DNA of 64,000 bases from Elusimicrobiota bacterium (GCA_037137395.1 JBAXKK010000002.1:43213-107212), one strand, 5' to 3'; numbered from the stretch's first letter, positions 9,278 through 19,799 are shown. The notes: a model not told the origin generated them from the letters alone. Numbers and translations are program-made.

Positions 9278-10615
9278 ATGTTCATCGCCAACACTCAAAA
9301 AGACCGCGAGGAGATGCTCCGAACCATCGGCGTTTCCTCCATTAAAGACCTCTTAAAACAGGTCCCAGAAAAATTCCTATACCCCGCCTTTAGCCTTCCG
9401 GAGACCTCTCTCGACGAGCAGCAGACCGCGCGCCGCATGAAAACTCTCGCCGCGGCTAACACGGCGCACCTAAGCTTCCTGGGCGCCGGCGCCTACGAAC
9501 GCTACATCCCCGCGGCGGTAAAGTCCCTCATCTCAAGGGGCGAATATCTTACCGCTTACACCCCATATCAGGCCGAAGCCAGCCAGGGCATACTGCAGAC
9601 CATATATGAATACCAGAGTTCAGTCTGCGCTCTTTACGCCATGGACTGCGCCAACGCTTCAATGTACGACGGAGCCAGCGCTTTCGGCGAGGCCGTGCGC
9701 GCAGCGGTTCGCATCACCGGCAAAAAAAAAGTGCTCTGCCAGGAAACCCTCAACCCTCAGTACCTGACTACGCTTAAAACCTATTTTTCCAATTCCAGCG
9801 ATTACCAGTTCATCACCATACCTGCCAGGGATGGTATTATGGACGCCGATAAGTTGGCTGTCCTCCTGGGCCCGGACACGGCCTGCGTGGCCTTCCAGAC
9901 ACCAAACTTCTTCGGCCTTATGGAAGACGCGCCGAAGATCTCGGAGATGGCGCATAAAACCGGCGCGCTTGTGGTGGCTGCGGCAGATCCGGCCAGCCTG
10001 GGCCTGTTTATCCCTCCGGGCGACTACGGGGCGGACTTCGCGGTTGGTGAAGGCCAGAGCCTCGGACTTCCTTTAAGCTACGGCGGCCCTTATCTCGGAA
10101 TTTTCGCGTGCAAAAAAGAATATGTGCGCCAGATGCCAGGCAGAATAGCCGGCATGACAAAAGATAAGGACGGCAAGCGCGGCTTCGTGCTTACCCTCCA
10201 GGCCAGGGAACAGCACATACGACGTGACAAGGCGGCTTCCAATATCTGTTCCAATGAAGCCCTCTGCGCTTTAAGCGCCACCATCTACCTGGCGCTCCTC
10301 GGTCCGGAAGGTCTGAAGGAACTGGCGCGCGCCAACGCCGCAGCCGCGGCTTTCACGGCGGAGAAGCTCTCCGGAGTAAAAGGCGCAAAGCTCAAGTTTA
10401 ACGGGACATTCTTCAATGAGTTCGTGCTGGAAATTAAAGGCGACGCCGCGGAACTCAGGGAGAAAGTGCTGATAAAGGAACATATAGACATCGGGCTGCC
10501 GCTCAAAGACCTTTACCCCGCCCTCGGCCCCGGCGCGCTGCTAGTATGCGCCACCGAGACCAAGACCGAAGCGGATATACTCAGGCTTGTGAAAGCGCTG
10601 GGAGAGAACATATGA
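9278..10615 (+). CDS. gcvPA: Glycine dehydrogenase subunit 1
   Basis: FLGAGAY, TAYTPYQAEASQG, NASMYDGASA and REQHIRRDKAASNICSN. Confidence 0.95.
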   Translation: MFIANTQKDREEMLRTIGVSSIKDLLKQVPEKFLYPAFSLPETSLDEQQTARRMKTLAAANTAHLSFLGAGAYERYIPAAVKSLISRGEYLTAYTPYQAEASQGILQTIYEYQSSVCALYAMDCANASMYDGASAFGEAVRAAVRITGKKKVLCQETLNPQYLTTLKTYFSNSSDYQFITIPARDGIMDADKLAVLLGPDTACVAFQTPNFFGLMEDAPKISEMAHKTGALVVAAADPASLGLFIPPGDYGADFAVGEGQSLGLPLSYGGPYLGIFACKKEYVRQMPGRIAGMTKDKDGKRGFVLTLQAREQHIRRDKAASNICSNEALCALSATIYLALLGPEGLKELARANAAAAAFTAEKLSGVKGAKLKFNGTFFNEFVLEIKGDAAELREKVLIKEHIDIGLPLKDLYPALGPGALLVCATETKTEADILRLVKALGENI

Positions 10616-12063
10616 ACGATATAACAAAACTCGATAACCGCTTAAGCATTGAAAGATCCGATCCGGGCCGGCGGGCCGTCAGATTTAATAATCTGCTGAA
10701 AGCAAAAGAGGCCCTCCCCGCCGGGCTGGCCAGAAAAGCCCCCCCGAAACTTCCGGAGCTTTCGGAATTAGACGTGGTGCGCCATTACACCGGACTTTCA
10801 AAAATTAACTTTTCGGTAGACACCCACTTTTATCCGCTGGGTTCCTGCACCATGAAGTACAATCCGAAGATCAACGAAGAGGCGGCGGCCCTGGAAGGTT
10901 TCGCAAATCTTCATCCGCTGGCTCACGACAAAACCTCGCAAGGCACGCTTGAGATGCTCTATGATCTGGAAAAACGCCTTTGCGCCCTGTGCGCGATGGA
11001 CGCCTTCACCCTCCAGCCGGCCGCCGGCGCGCACAGCGAATTTACCGGCCTGCTGATAGCCAAAGCCTACTTTGCTAAGAGAGGCGAAGATCAGCGCGTG
11101 GATATAATTTGTCCCGACTCCGCTCACGGCACCAACCCGGCCACAGCATCCATGCTGGGTTTCAACACGATAAACATCAAATCCGGTCCCGACGGCCGGG
11201 TAGACCCGGCAGACCTTAAAGCGCACCTGGGCGACAAGACAGCCGTGCTCATGCTGACCGTGCCCAACACGCTGGGGATCTTTGAGTCCCGCATAGAAGA
11301 AATAGCCGAAATGGCTCACAAAGCCGGCGCGCTCGTCTATATGGACGGGGCAAATTTCAACGCTCTGATCGGTATTGTGAAGCCGGGAGATCTAGGCGTA
11401 GATATTATGCACATCAACGCTCATAAAACCTTTTCCACACCGCACGGCGGAGGCGGACCAGGAGCGGGCGGCATCGGCGTCAAGCGGAGACTGGAGGAAT
11501 TTTTGCCGGTGCCCCGCGTGAGACTGGAAGACGGAATCTACCGGACCGATTTCTGCTGTCCGGATTCCATTGGCAAAGTAAAGGCTTTCTTCGGCAATGT
11601 GGGAGTGCTGACACGCGCCTACGCCTACTTGTTAATGCACTCGAAAAAGGAACTGGCCCAAATATCGGAAAACGCCATACTTAACGCCAATTATATGAAG
11701 AGCCGTCTTCAGAATATTTATCCGGCACACTCAGGCGACTACTGCATGCATGAGTGCGTCCTTACCCCTCCTGCGGCGCTGGCGGCCAAAGGACTGAAGA
11801 CCCTTGATATCGCCAAACGGCTGCTGGATTACGGATTTCACGCGCCGACAATCTACTTCCCGCTGATCGTACACGAAGCGATAATGATTGAACCCACCGA
11901 GACCGAATCCAGAGAAACCATGGACTCCTTCATAGAAACCATGCTCATAATAAACAACGAGGGCGCCGCGAACCCGCAGTTGCTGAAAGACGCGCCCCAC
12001 ACAATGCCGGTAAAACGACTGGACGAGGTTCAGGCCGCCAGGCAGCCAAATTTGCGGTGGTAA
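10612..12063 (+). CDS. gcvPB: Glycine dehydrogenase subunit 2
   Basis: YPLGSCTMKYNP and PLP-Lys motif HKTFSTPHGGGGPG. ATGA-coupled to gcvPA. Confidence 0.95.
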   Translation: MNDITKLDNRLSIERSDPGRRAVRFNNLLKAKEALPAGLARKAPPKLPELSELDVVRHYTGLSKINFSVDTHFYPLGSCTMKYNPKINEEAAALEGFANLHPLAHDKTSQGTLEMLYDLEKRLCALCAMDAFTLQPAAGAHSEFTGLLIAKAYFAKRGEDQRVDIICPDSAHGTNPATASMLGFNTINIKSGPDGRVDPADLKAHLGDKTAVLMLTVPNTLGIFESRIEEIAEMAHKAGALVYMDGANFNALIGIVKPGDLGVDIMHINAHKTFSTPHGGGGPGAGGIGVKRRLEEFLPVPRVRLEDGIYRTDFCCPDSIGKVKAFFGNVGVLTRAYAYLLMHSKKELAQISENAILNANYMKSRLQNIYPAHSGDYCMHECVLTPPAALAAKGLKTLDIAKRLLDYGFHAPTIYFPLIVHEAIMIEPTETESRETMDSFIETMLIINNEGAANPQLLKDAPHTMPVKRLDEVQAARQPNLRW

Positions 12064-12080
12064 GTAAGGGCGCCGCGCCC

Positions 12081-12185
12081 GCCATTAGCCATATGCTCTA
12101 GGCCATACGCAGAAACACTGTTAGTTGCCATAAGCATTCACTTCTAAACTTTTCTGCAAATGGCAAATGGCCAACGGCTTACAGC
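12081..12185. repeat. Inverted heptamer arrays, GCCATAN family
   Basis: gccattagccatatgctctaggccatacgcagaaa ... tttctgcaaatggcaaatggccaacggc. Confidence 0.7.
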
Positions 12186-12196
12186 AACAACGTAAT

Positions 12197-12895
12197 ATGA
12201 CTGAAGGCCTTATAATCGAAACTCATCCGCTCGACGCTTATCAACAAATGGCGGCGGATGAAGTCCTTTGCGACGCGCTGCTTTCCCCTTACACCCTGCG
12301 CTTTTACAACTGGAGCGGGCCGGCCGTAACCTTCGGATATTCACAGCGTATCTTATCGGTGCGCTCTGCGGTCGGCCCTGAGAAGGTCACCTGGCCCATG
12401 ACGCGCCGGCCTACCGGCGGCGGGATCGTCTTACATGAAAGCGATCTCACCTTCTCCTTCATCTTCCACCAGCCCGGAGCTTATTTCGAGCCGGCAAAAA
12501 CATATGACCGCCTGCACCGCGCCATAACCGGTGGCTACGCGGGAGCGGGAATCAGTTTTGATTTGCTTAAAGAAAACACCATTGACTACAAAACCAACAA
12601 CCCCGTAATGGACTGCTTCGCTAAGCCGGTAAATCTGGATATTATGTATAATAAGAAAAAAGTGCTTGGAGGAGCCCTGCGAAAATTCGGAGACTATATG
12701 CTTTATCAGGCTTCTTTTCAGGCTCCGGACGCAAGAAGCAAAGCGGCTTTTCACAGGGATATAATTGTTAACGCCTTTGGCCTGGAATTTGGCCTTTCGT
12801 GGCGCGGCGCCGAATTTTCAGATCGGGAAACGGATAAAGTAAAAGCCCTCGCGCTCACGAAGTACGCGTCCAGGGAATGGAACGAGCGGATATAA
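12197..12895 (+). CDS. Lipoate-protein ligase / octanoyltransferase (LplA/LipM family)
   Basis: MAADE, LRFYNW, RRPTGGG.VLH and KKVLGGA. Lies next to the gcv genes. Confidence 0.85.
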   Translation: MTEGLIIETHPLDAYQQMAADEVLCDALLSPYTLRFYNWSGPAVTFGYSQRILSVRSAVGPEKVTWPMTRRPTGGGIVLHESDLTFSFIFHQPGAYFEPAKTYDRLHRAITGGYAGAGISFDLLKENTIDYKTNNPVMDCFAKPVNLDIMYNKKKVLGGALRKFGDYMLYQASFQAPDARSKAAFHRDIIVNAFGLEFGLSWRGAEFSDRETDKVKALALTKYASREWNERI

Positions 12896-12900
12896 CAGCA

Positions 12901-12976
12901 ATGGCGAGTGATTAGTAACTAGTGGCGAGAAAGAAACCCCTTTACCAACAGCCACACGCTACTCACTGACCACTAG
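12901..12976. repeat. Inverted heptamer arrays, AGTGRYT/AGTGGCG family
   Basis: tggcgagtgattagtaactagtggcgag ... cacgctactcactgaccactag. Confidence 0.7.
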
Positions 12977-13006
12977 ACGATAGCGAAGTCCCAAGGAGAA
13001 AAACTT

Positions 13007-13237
13007 ATGATCGCATTCGTATTATGCAAACTGGTAGCCGGTCTTGAGCAGAAGGCCGTGCAACAAATAAAGAGCGTGCGCGGCGTAAAAGACGTATACC
13101 TGACCTTCGGCGGCTGGGACGCCGTCCTTGTGACGGAATCCGACACCATAGACAAACTCAGCGGCCTGATAGTGCGCGAGGTCCGCGGGATACATGGCGT
13201 GCAGACGACCGAAACCCTGGTCACAACCAACTTATAA
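13007..13237 (+). CDS. Stand-alone Lrp/AsnC ligand-binding domain protein
   Basis: 76 aa with GVKDVYLTFGGWD and VRGIHGVQTTETL. SD AAGGAG upstream; no HTH. Confidence 0.85.
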   Translation: MIAFVLCKLVAGLEQKAVQQIKSVRGVKDVYLTFGGWDAVLVTESDTIDKLSGLIVREVRGIHGVQTTETLVTTNL

Positions 13238-13279
13238 CCGCTAAAAATATTATTAAATTATCCCCAGAGGTAACATAAA

Positions 13280-13694
13280 ATGGAAAATTCCGGTTTCTCT
13301 AATCCTGCCGACAAACTCATACTGATAGCGGACGATGACGAGTCTGTCAGAGAACTCATTGAGTGCGTGGTGAAGAAAGAAGGCTTCAAGGTGGAGAAAG
13401 CCGGGGATGGTGAGGAAGCCCTTCAGAAAGCCCGGCAGGTTCATCCAGACCTCATCTTGTTGGATCTCATGATGCCAAAAATTCGGAGGGTTTGAGACGC
13501 TCCGCGAACTCCAGAGCGATGAAACCACCAGCATCCCAATAATTATCATTACCGGCCGTTACACAGATAGATCAACCTCGGAAATGATAAAACAGGAACC
13601 CAATGTCGTGGAATTTATTGAGAAACCTGTAAAGCCCCACGCTCTGACCGCGGCATTGCATAAAGTTCTAAAGACCCGGCCGATTCAAAAATAA
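13280..13694 (+). pseudogene. Response regulator receiver split by a one-base insertion
   Basis: ILIADDD...LLDLMMPK. Removing one A from the A5 run at 13477-13481 continues as FGGFETLRELQ...IPIIIITG...FIEKPV to a TAA at 13692-13694. Confidence 0.8.
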
Positions 13695-13719
13695 TATACC
13701 ATCTGACAGGATTGTCATC

Positions 13720-14412
13720 TTGAGTAAGGTAATGCTAGCCCTGCTGATTTCCCCACTGACCGCGGCTACGGCTTTCGCCACGGCCGCTCTGGCGTGTTCC
13801 GCCCTGGCGCGCCTTCAGGCAGCCCTCCCTCTTCTGCTGGGGGCGGCCCTTTACTGTCCTCTGCACTTCTATCTACCCCGAAACCGATTTTTTTATGTCC
13901 TCTCCCACGAATTAAGCCACGCTCTCGCGGCTTTGGCCAGCGGTGTTAAAGTGAGGAGGATAAACATCGGCAGGACCGGCGGCTTTGTGACATTGAACGC
14001 CACTAACGCGTTCATCTCGCTGGCGCCATATTTCATCCCTTTCTACGCGCTCGCGGCAGGGTTGACATACTGGCTGGCGGCCTATTTTTGCGATATGTCG
14101 CCCTACAGATCCGTTTTTATCGGCGCCACCGGTTTTTTTCTGACTTTCCATCTACTGAACACCGGCGACATTCTGACCGGGCCCGTACAGAGCGACCTAA
14201 AAAAGGCCGGGGGAGTTTTTTTTTCCGTCTCCATGGTGCTGCTGCTCAACAGCCTGTGCCTGGCCCTGGCGCTAAAAATGATATTTCCGGACCTCGTCTC
14301 GCTTAAGAGTTACGCCGCAGGAGTTTATAATGTGACCGGAGTTATAACCGGCTGGTTGTTCGCGGCCGCGTCTTACCTCTTTAATACTGCTAAAATATAT
14401 CTGCGTTCATGA
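13720..14412 (+). CDS. Membrane protein with an HExxH motif (M50B-like metallopeptidase)
   Basis: HELSH, ISLAPY and QSDL motifs; multiple TM helices. Confidence 0.7.
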   Translation: MSKVMLALLISPLTAATAFATAALACSALARLQAALPLLLGAALYCPLHFYLPRNRFFYVLSHELSHALAALASGVKVRRINIGRTGGFVTLNATNAFISLAPYFIPFYALAAGLTYWLAAYFCDMSPYRSVFIGATGFFLTFHLLNTGDILTGPVQSDLKKAGGVFFSVSMVLLLNSLCLALALKMIFPDLVSLKSYAAGVYNVTGVITGWLFAAASYLFNTAKIYLRS

Positions 14413-16613
14413 AACAGCCAAAAACCACCAGTCTGATTAAGCAGATAGCGCTGAGGATAATATTCCTCCCACTTATCTTCGCTTTTCTTTTTCTGGTGAC
14501 AGGCACCATAATCGTTAAGACCATGTTCACGCCCCGTGACCTTGAGGCGGTCGTCACGGACCAGCTCCAGGGGCTATTTAAAAGACCGGTCCAGATAGAC
14601 TCCGCCAGAATCTCGCTTACAGGTGAGATAAAGATCAAGGGGCTGAGGGTGATCGAGCCCGGACCGGAAGCTTTAAATTTTGTGACCGCCGACTATATTT
14701 TTGCCACCTATCGCCTGACCCCGCTTTTAAACCGCAGGATAGTAATAAACAGCATAATTCTGGTCTCACCTAAAATCGAGCTCATAAAAAAATCTTCCGG
14801 CAGCTGGAATTTTTCTGATATCCTGGAGGCTTATAGCCATCCTTCCGTTAAAAAAAACCGCCTGAATAAGATAGCCTCGGCCGAGATCCGGGAAGGAGTT
14901 ATAAACCTTCGCTACCCAGGGGAAAAAACCGCTTACTCGTTCGAGAACGTGAGCCTGACCCTTAAAGATTTTAAACCCGCCGCGGATACGCCCTTCTACC
15001 TGTCTGTTTTTTTTAAGCGGAAGGCGCTGGGCAGAGACCTGGCAGGGCGCATCTATGCCGAGGGGGTAGTAAACTTCAGCGATTTCAATATGGCGATGGC
15101 CGAAGCGAAGGATTTGGCGATAACTTTCTCGGTGTTGAACAAATCTTTCAAAGCCGAGGGTTCAATAAAGAATTTCAGAAGGCCCGCCATAGAACTGGTA
15201 ACCCGCGCCGAGAAACTCAACAGCTCTGACCTGTCTCCTTTTTTTAAAGGCCTGTACGATTTCGCTTTGCCACCAACTAAGTGGCAGTTGAAGGCGCAGA
15301 TGGCTGAAGACAAGACACTTAACATGTCCGTAAAAGTGGACCCGCTGGATCTCCGGGCCGACGGCTTTATTAAATTTACCAGCAGCCGCACGGCCTACGC
15401 CTTCACGATTTTCACCCCGCCTTTCAATCTGGCGGAACTAAAAAGGACAGCCCCCGATCTTCCGCTTAGCGAAGCCTCCGGAATCGCCCAGGTCAGACTG
15501 AGCGTCAACAACAAGTCCGGAAAGTTCGCCATATCAAAAGTGGTCCTGACCTCCAATAAGGCCAATTTCCTTTACAAAAATCTGCACTTTGACAGCCTGA
15601 ACCTCTCAGCCCTTTTTTCCGAGGGCTTTAAAAACAATTACCTCAACATTCAGGATGGAAAAATGGTGATGGACGGCTTCAGTCTCAAGGGGCTGAAAGT
15701 GACCACCCAACTGTCCCGCGAAAAATTTACCGGCGATTATTCGGCCCTCTGGGGCGACGACCCGATGAAAGGCCGTATCGTTATAGTTAACCCGCTGACC
15801 GACAAGAAAACCGCGGAGTTCACCGGTTATTCCCGACGCCTGGACCTTAAGGAAGGGCGCAACTTTCTACTGGAGCTGAAAAAAGTGAGGACCCCGGATA
15901 AGACCCGACGGAGCTACAAGGCAAACCTGGCCTGGGTCAGGACCGTTAAGAATTCAATCCCCACCGGGTTCGCGGATTTTCGCCTGCTTTATAAGGCCGA
16001 CTTTTTAAAGCACGAGTATATAGACGCACGCAATTTCTATCTGGCCGCCAATCTTAGAAATATAGCCGGACAGATAGAAAAGCTCAAGGGTGACGTTTCC
16101 ATCCGGTCCGGCGGCGGGACATTCTACGACGTGCAAAAAATGTCCGAGCAGGACCGCATATACTATATTTTTTCCCTGCCAATACTTACAATGTACCGCC
16201 TCAACAGGATGGGGGCTCTCAAGTTCGGCTACAAACTCAACGATGTTAATTTTAATTCTATAGGCGGTGACTACACGCTGGACTCCGGGAAGATTAATAT
16301 CCGCAATTTCTACATGGCCGGAAAAGAGTTTTCCATCTATACCACCGGCACTCTGGACCTCGCGAACGAGAATATTAAGTTAAAAGTTTATACAATATCA
16401 GATAAGTACTATTCCATGGGAAGCCTGCCGGAGACCCTTACAGACGCCAGCGGGAAACCGGCTCTCGCCTTCACAATAGAAGGCATGATGAATAAGCCTA
16501 CCATAACGATGATGAACCCTAGAGAAGCGGGCAGCATCATAGAGGAAGCGATAAAGAAAGGCGTCGAGATGGATCTGGCGAAGATAAATAATTTTGCGGC
16601 GGGAGGCAAGTAA
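14409..16613 (+). CDS. AsmA-family protein
   Basis: N-terminal TM anchor, V.PKIELIK..GSWNFSD and a beta-rich body ending FTIEGMMNKP. Confidence 0.75.
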   Translation: MKQPKTTSLIKQIALRIIFLPLIFAFLFLVTGTIIVKTMFTPRDLEAVVTDQLQGLFKRPVQIDSARISLTGEIKIKGLRVIEPGPEALNFVTADYIFATYRLTPLLNRRIVINSIILVSPKIELIKKSSGSWNFSDILEAYSHPSVKKNRLNKIASAEIREGVINLRYPGEKTAYSFENVSLTLKDFKPAADTPFYLSVFFKRKALGRDLAGRIYAEGVVNFSDFNMAMAEAKDLAITFSVLNKSFKAEGSIKNFRRPAIELVTRAEKLNSSDLSPFFKGLYDFALPPTKWQLKAQMAEDKTLNMSVKVDPLDLRADGFIKFTSSRTAYAFTIFTPPFNLAELKRTAPDLPLSEASGIAQVRLSVNNKSGKFAISKVVLTSNKANFLYKNLHFDSLNLSALFSEGFKNNYLNIQDGKMVMDGFSLKGLKVTTQLSREKFTGDYSALWGDDPMKGRIVIVNPLTDKKTAEFTGYSRRLDLKEGRNFLLELKKVRTPDKTRRSYKANLAWVRTVKNSIPTGFADFRLLYKADFLKHEYIDARNFYLAANLRNIAGQIEKLKGDVSIRSGGGTFYDVQKMSEQDRIYYIFSLPILTMYRLNRMGALKFGYKLNDVNFNSIGGDYTLDSGKINIRNFYMAGKEFSIYTTGTLDLANENIKLKVYTISDKYYSMGSLPETLTDASGKPALAFTIEGMMNKPTITMMNPREAGSIIEEAIKKGVEMDLAKINNFAAGGK

Positions 16614-16614
16614 T

Positions 16615-17211
16615 ATGTCTAAACTTGGAAAATTCGACGTGGTCGGGCTCCTTCAGGAGCACGGCGCCATTTTAAACGGACATTTCCAGCTTCCCTCCGG
16701 GTTCCATACCCAGACATACATACAGACTTCGCTGGTTATGCAGTACCCCAACCTCGCTCATAAGGTAGCCAAGGAGATGGCTTCTAAATTTGCCCAGGAG
16801 ATAAATGTAGTGATCTCCCCCTCCGTGGGGTCCATGGTTATAGGTCAGGAAGTGGCCCGCGTAAAAAAAGCCCGCTCAATTTTCACCGAGCGCATAAACG
16901 GAGTGATGGTCCTAAAAAGGGATTTTAAAATAGCGGAAGGCGAGCGCGTCCTAGTGGTGGACGATGTACTCAACACGGGACGCCTGTGCTCCGAAGCCAT
17001 AAATCTGGCCAGGGGTTACGGAGCCAAGGTAGTAGGCGTAGTTGCTATTGTTGACCGCTCCACCGCCGACCTAACCCTTAATGTGCCCGTCAGGGGTCTT
17101 ATCTCATATCCGCTTCAGCTTTTCACTCCCGACAACTGTCCGCTATGCAGGCAGAAAATGCCGCTGACCGTGCCGGGATCCACGATTCATCACGCTCACA
17201 ATCAGGAGTAG
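16615..17211 (+). CDS. pyrE: Orotate phosphoribosyltransferase
   Basis: GHFQLPSG, PRPP motif VLVVDDVLNTG, AIVDRS and a C-terminal CPLC. Confidence 0.8.
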   Translation: MSKLGKFDVVGLLQEHGAILNGHFQLPSGFHTQTYIQTSLVMQYPNLAHKVAKEMASKFAQEINVVISPSVGSMVIGQEVARVKKARSIFTERINGVMVLKRDFKIAEGERVLVVDDVLNTGRLCSEAINLARGYGAKVVGVVAIVDRSTADLTLNVPVRGLISYPLQLFTPDNCPLCRQKMPLTVPGSTIHHAHNQE

Positions 17212-17292
17212 GAAAAGCACAGAATTAGGACCAGAAGGCGGGAGAATTAACCATTTAGGGAAACTCCTTCCGGTTTCCTAATCCTCCGACTT

Positions 17293-18074
17293 ATGAAAAC
17301 CAGATTTATCGCGTTGCTTTCGGATTTCGGCACCAACGGCCCTTATGTCGGGGCGATGAAAGGAGTTATTCTCTCAAAAGCTCCGTCGTTGAAGATCATA
17401 GATATCACGCATCAGATACCACCGCAGGACATACACACGGCCGCTTTTTATCTTATGGCGTCAATGCCTTATATGCCTAAAGGCACGCTTTTTATAACGG
17501 TAGTGGACCCGACGGTCGGCACCGGGCGGGGCATACTATGGGCCAAGACGAAGAATTATCAGTTCATAGCCCCCGACAACGGCATTTTAAGCTGGGTGGA
17601 GGAGCATGAAAAAATAGAGGAAACCCGCTTTATAAATAACTCGAACCTCTTCATGCCGCATATCAGTTCAACCTTCCACGGACGGGACATCATGGCCCCC
17701 GTGGCGGCAGCCATAGCCAGAGGTCTTCCGGAAAAAAAGATAGGGCCTATATTGGAAGATTACAGAAAATTTCCTTTTCAGCGCCCTGAAAAGACCGGGA
17801 ACCGCGTCATGGGCCACATAATAGCATTGGACCATTTTGGCAACGCAATAACCAATATAACGCAGCAGTATGTAAACGCCGGTCTATTTTCACGGTATCG
17901 GACAGGATTATCACAGGGCTCAAACTCACTTACGCGTCCGTGACAGAAGGCGAACCACTGGCTTTGATCGGCTCGTTCGGCTTCCTGGAATTTTCCATCA
18001 GGAACGGGAATTTCGCCCAGACTTTCGGCGTAAAACCAGGCAGCGAAGTAGAAGTTATAACCTCACTGGAATAA
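17293..18074 (+). pseudogene. SAM hydroxide adenosyltransferase / chlorinase-fluorinase family (DUF62), frameshifted near 17881
   Basis: LLSDFG, DITHQI, VVDP.VGT.R, APDNG, STFHGRDI and DHFGNAITNI. The C-terminal domain (TYASV.EGEPLALIGSFGFLEFSIRNGN...) is in another frame ending at TAA 18072-18074. Confidence 0.8.
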
Positions 18075-18095
18075 CTAAAAAAGGACACATAATAT

Positions 18096-19286
18096 ATGCA
18101 AAAATCCACTCTCAAGACTCTTAAACTCAAGTTCTCCGGCGAACGGCGTCTCAAGCAGGGACACCCCTGGATATTTTCCAACGAACTTGAGAAGATAGAC
18201 AATACTATTACGCCCGGCGAGATCTGCAGCGTAATGCTTAATTCGGGCGCGCCCGCCGGCATCGGTTTTTTCAATCCCCACAGCCTGATCGCGGTCCGGC
18301 TTCTTAAAACCGGGTCACTGGAACTGGAGCAGGATTTTGTCCTAAGCCGGCTCAAAAAAGCGATGGAGTACCGCAAATCTATCGGGGTTATAGAGAACGG
18401 GCGGATGTTTTTCGGGGAATCGGACGGCCTGCCGGGCCTAGTGGTCGATAAATACGCGGATATCCTGGTGGTGGAGATAATCTCCGCCGGCACCGAACTG
18501 CTGAAGGACGAAATAACAAAACACCTGCGCTCGCTTTACAAACCCCGCGGCATCTTTTACCGCAACACGCACGAGTTCCGAAATCTCGAGGGACTTAAGC
18601 TTTACACGGAAACAGCTTACGGAGATGTCCCGGCGTCCGTCCAGATAACGGAAGACGGACTTAAATACGATGTCCCCCTCACCTCGGGTCAGAAGACGGG
18701 CTGGTATTTCGATCAGGCGGAGAACCGGACTTTCCTGAAGCCGTATTTCAAGGGGCGAAAGGTCCTGGACCTCTACACGTATCTGGGAGCTTTCGCGCTG
18801 ACGGCCGCGGCCGCCGGAGCCGAAATGGTCTGGGGCGTGGACTCATCTTCCGCCGCGGCGCAAGCCGCCGAACGCAACGCGAATCTTAACAACCTGCAAA
18901 AAAAAGTCATATTTAAAAAAGAAGATGCAGAGCGGGTATTAAGCGGACTTGCGACCGGAGAGATGCCGGAGCAGCCTGACTTTATACTTTTGGATCCGCC
19001 GAATTTCGTCAGAAGCAAGAAGAATCTGGTCCAAGCGGCGAAGCTGCTGGTGCGCCTGAACACCAGCGCCATGGCCGGCTTACCCGCCGGAGGACTGCTG
19101 GCATTCTCTTCCTGCTCCCACCACATTTCCCGGAGCATCTTTCTGGAGATCCTCAGTGAGGCCGCCGCGAAAGCCGGACGCATGGCCGTCCTGATGGAGC
19201 TGCGGGCCCAGGCCAAAGATCATCCGATACTGCTGAATATGCCGGAAACGGAATATCTGCACTTCGCTCTGGTAAAAGTCCTGTAA
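18096..19286 (+). CDS. PUA-domain SAM-dependent rRNA methyltransferase (RlmI-like)
   Basis: GHPWIF, ESDGLPGLVVD, GQKTGWYFDQ, LDPP and ETEYL. Confidence 0.88.
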   Translation: MQKSTLKTLKLKFSGERRLKQGHPWIFSNELEKIDNTITPGEICSVMLNSGAPAGIGFFNPHSLIAVRLLKTGSLELEQDFVLSRLKKAMEYRKSIGVIENGRMFFGESDGLPGLVVDKYADILVVEIISAGTELLKDEITKHLRSLYKPRGIFYRNTHEFRNLEGLKLYTETAYGDVPASVQITEDGLKYDVPLTSGQKTGWYFDQAENRTFLKPYFKGRKVLDLYTYLGAFALTAAAAGAEMVWGVDSSSAAAQAAERNANLNNLQKKVIFKKEDAERVLSGLATGEMPEQPDFILLDPPNFVRSKKNLVQAAKLLVRLNTSAMAGLPAGGLLAFSSCSHHISRSIFLEILSEAAAKAGRMAVLMELRAQAKDHPILLNMPETEYLHFALVKVL

Positions 19287-19298
19287 ATAAAAATCGGC

Positions 19299-19339
19299 AA
19301 TAAAAAAACGGCGGGGAATATTCCCGCCGTTTTTTATTT
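19299..19339. terminator. Bidirectional intrinsic terminator
   Basis: AAAAAAACGGCGGG...CCCGCCGTTTTTT between convergent genes. Confidence 0.85.
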
Positions 19340-19357
19340 GACCCCTTCAAGATCCGA

Positions 19358-19729
19358 TCAATATAAGATATTTTTCACAACTTTAAGGATTTCTTCCTTA
19401 CTGGAGGGCTTGGTGATATAAGTGCTGGCACCGTATCCTATCGCCTGCCGGATTTCGGCGATGCTCCCTTCCACCGTTAGCATGACCACAGGAATAGGTT
19501 TTGTGACCGGGTTGGACTTTATAGCCTTACAGGCCTTCAGCCCGTCCATCTTAGGCATGTGTATATCCAGCATTATAAGAGACGGCAACTCTTTGGCCGC
19601 CATTTCAACAGCCTCTTCCCCGTCCTCCGCCCTTATGACCTTATAGCCGGAGTCTTCCAACAAAGACGCGAGACTTTCGCGCATCTCACTATCATCATCC
19701 GCTATAAGGATCTTGTTCACGATGGGCAT
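19358..19729 (-). CDS. Single-domain response regulator
   Basis: ILIADDD, LDIHMPKMDG, VMLT and YITKP. Confidence 0.92.
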   Translation of the reverse strand: MPIVNKILIADDDSEMRESLASLLEDSGYKVIRAEDGEEAVEMAAKELPSLIMLDIHMPKMDGLKACKAIKSNPVTKPIPVVMLTVEGSIAEIRQAIGYGASTYITKPSSKEEILKVVKNILY

Positions 19730-19799
19730 TTATCTCCGAATCCGGCTCCCGCGCTTTTCATCAGGTGGTATTCTGGTGAGGCTTTCAGGCGTATAAAAA

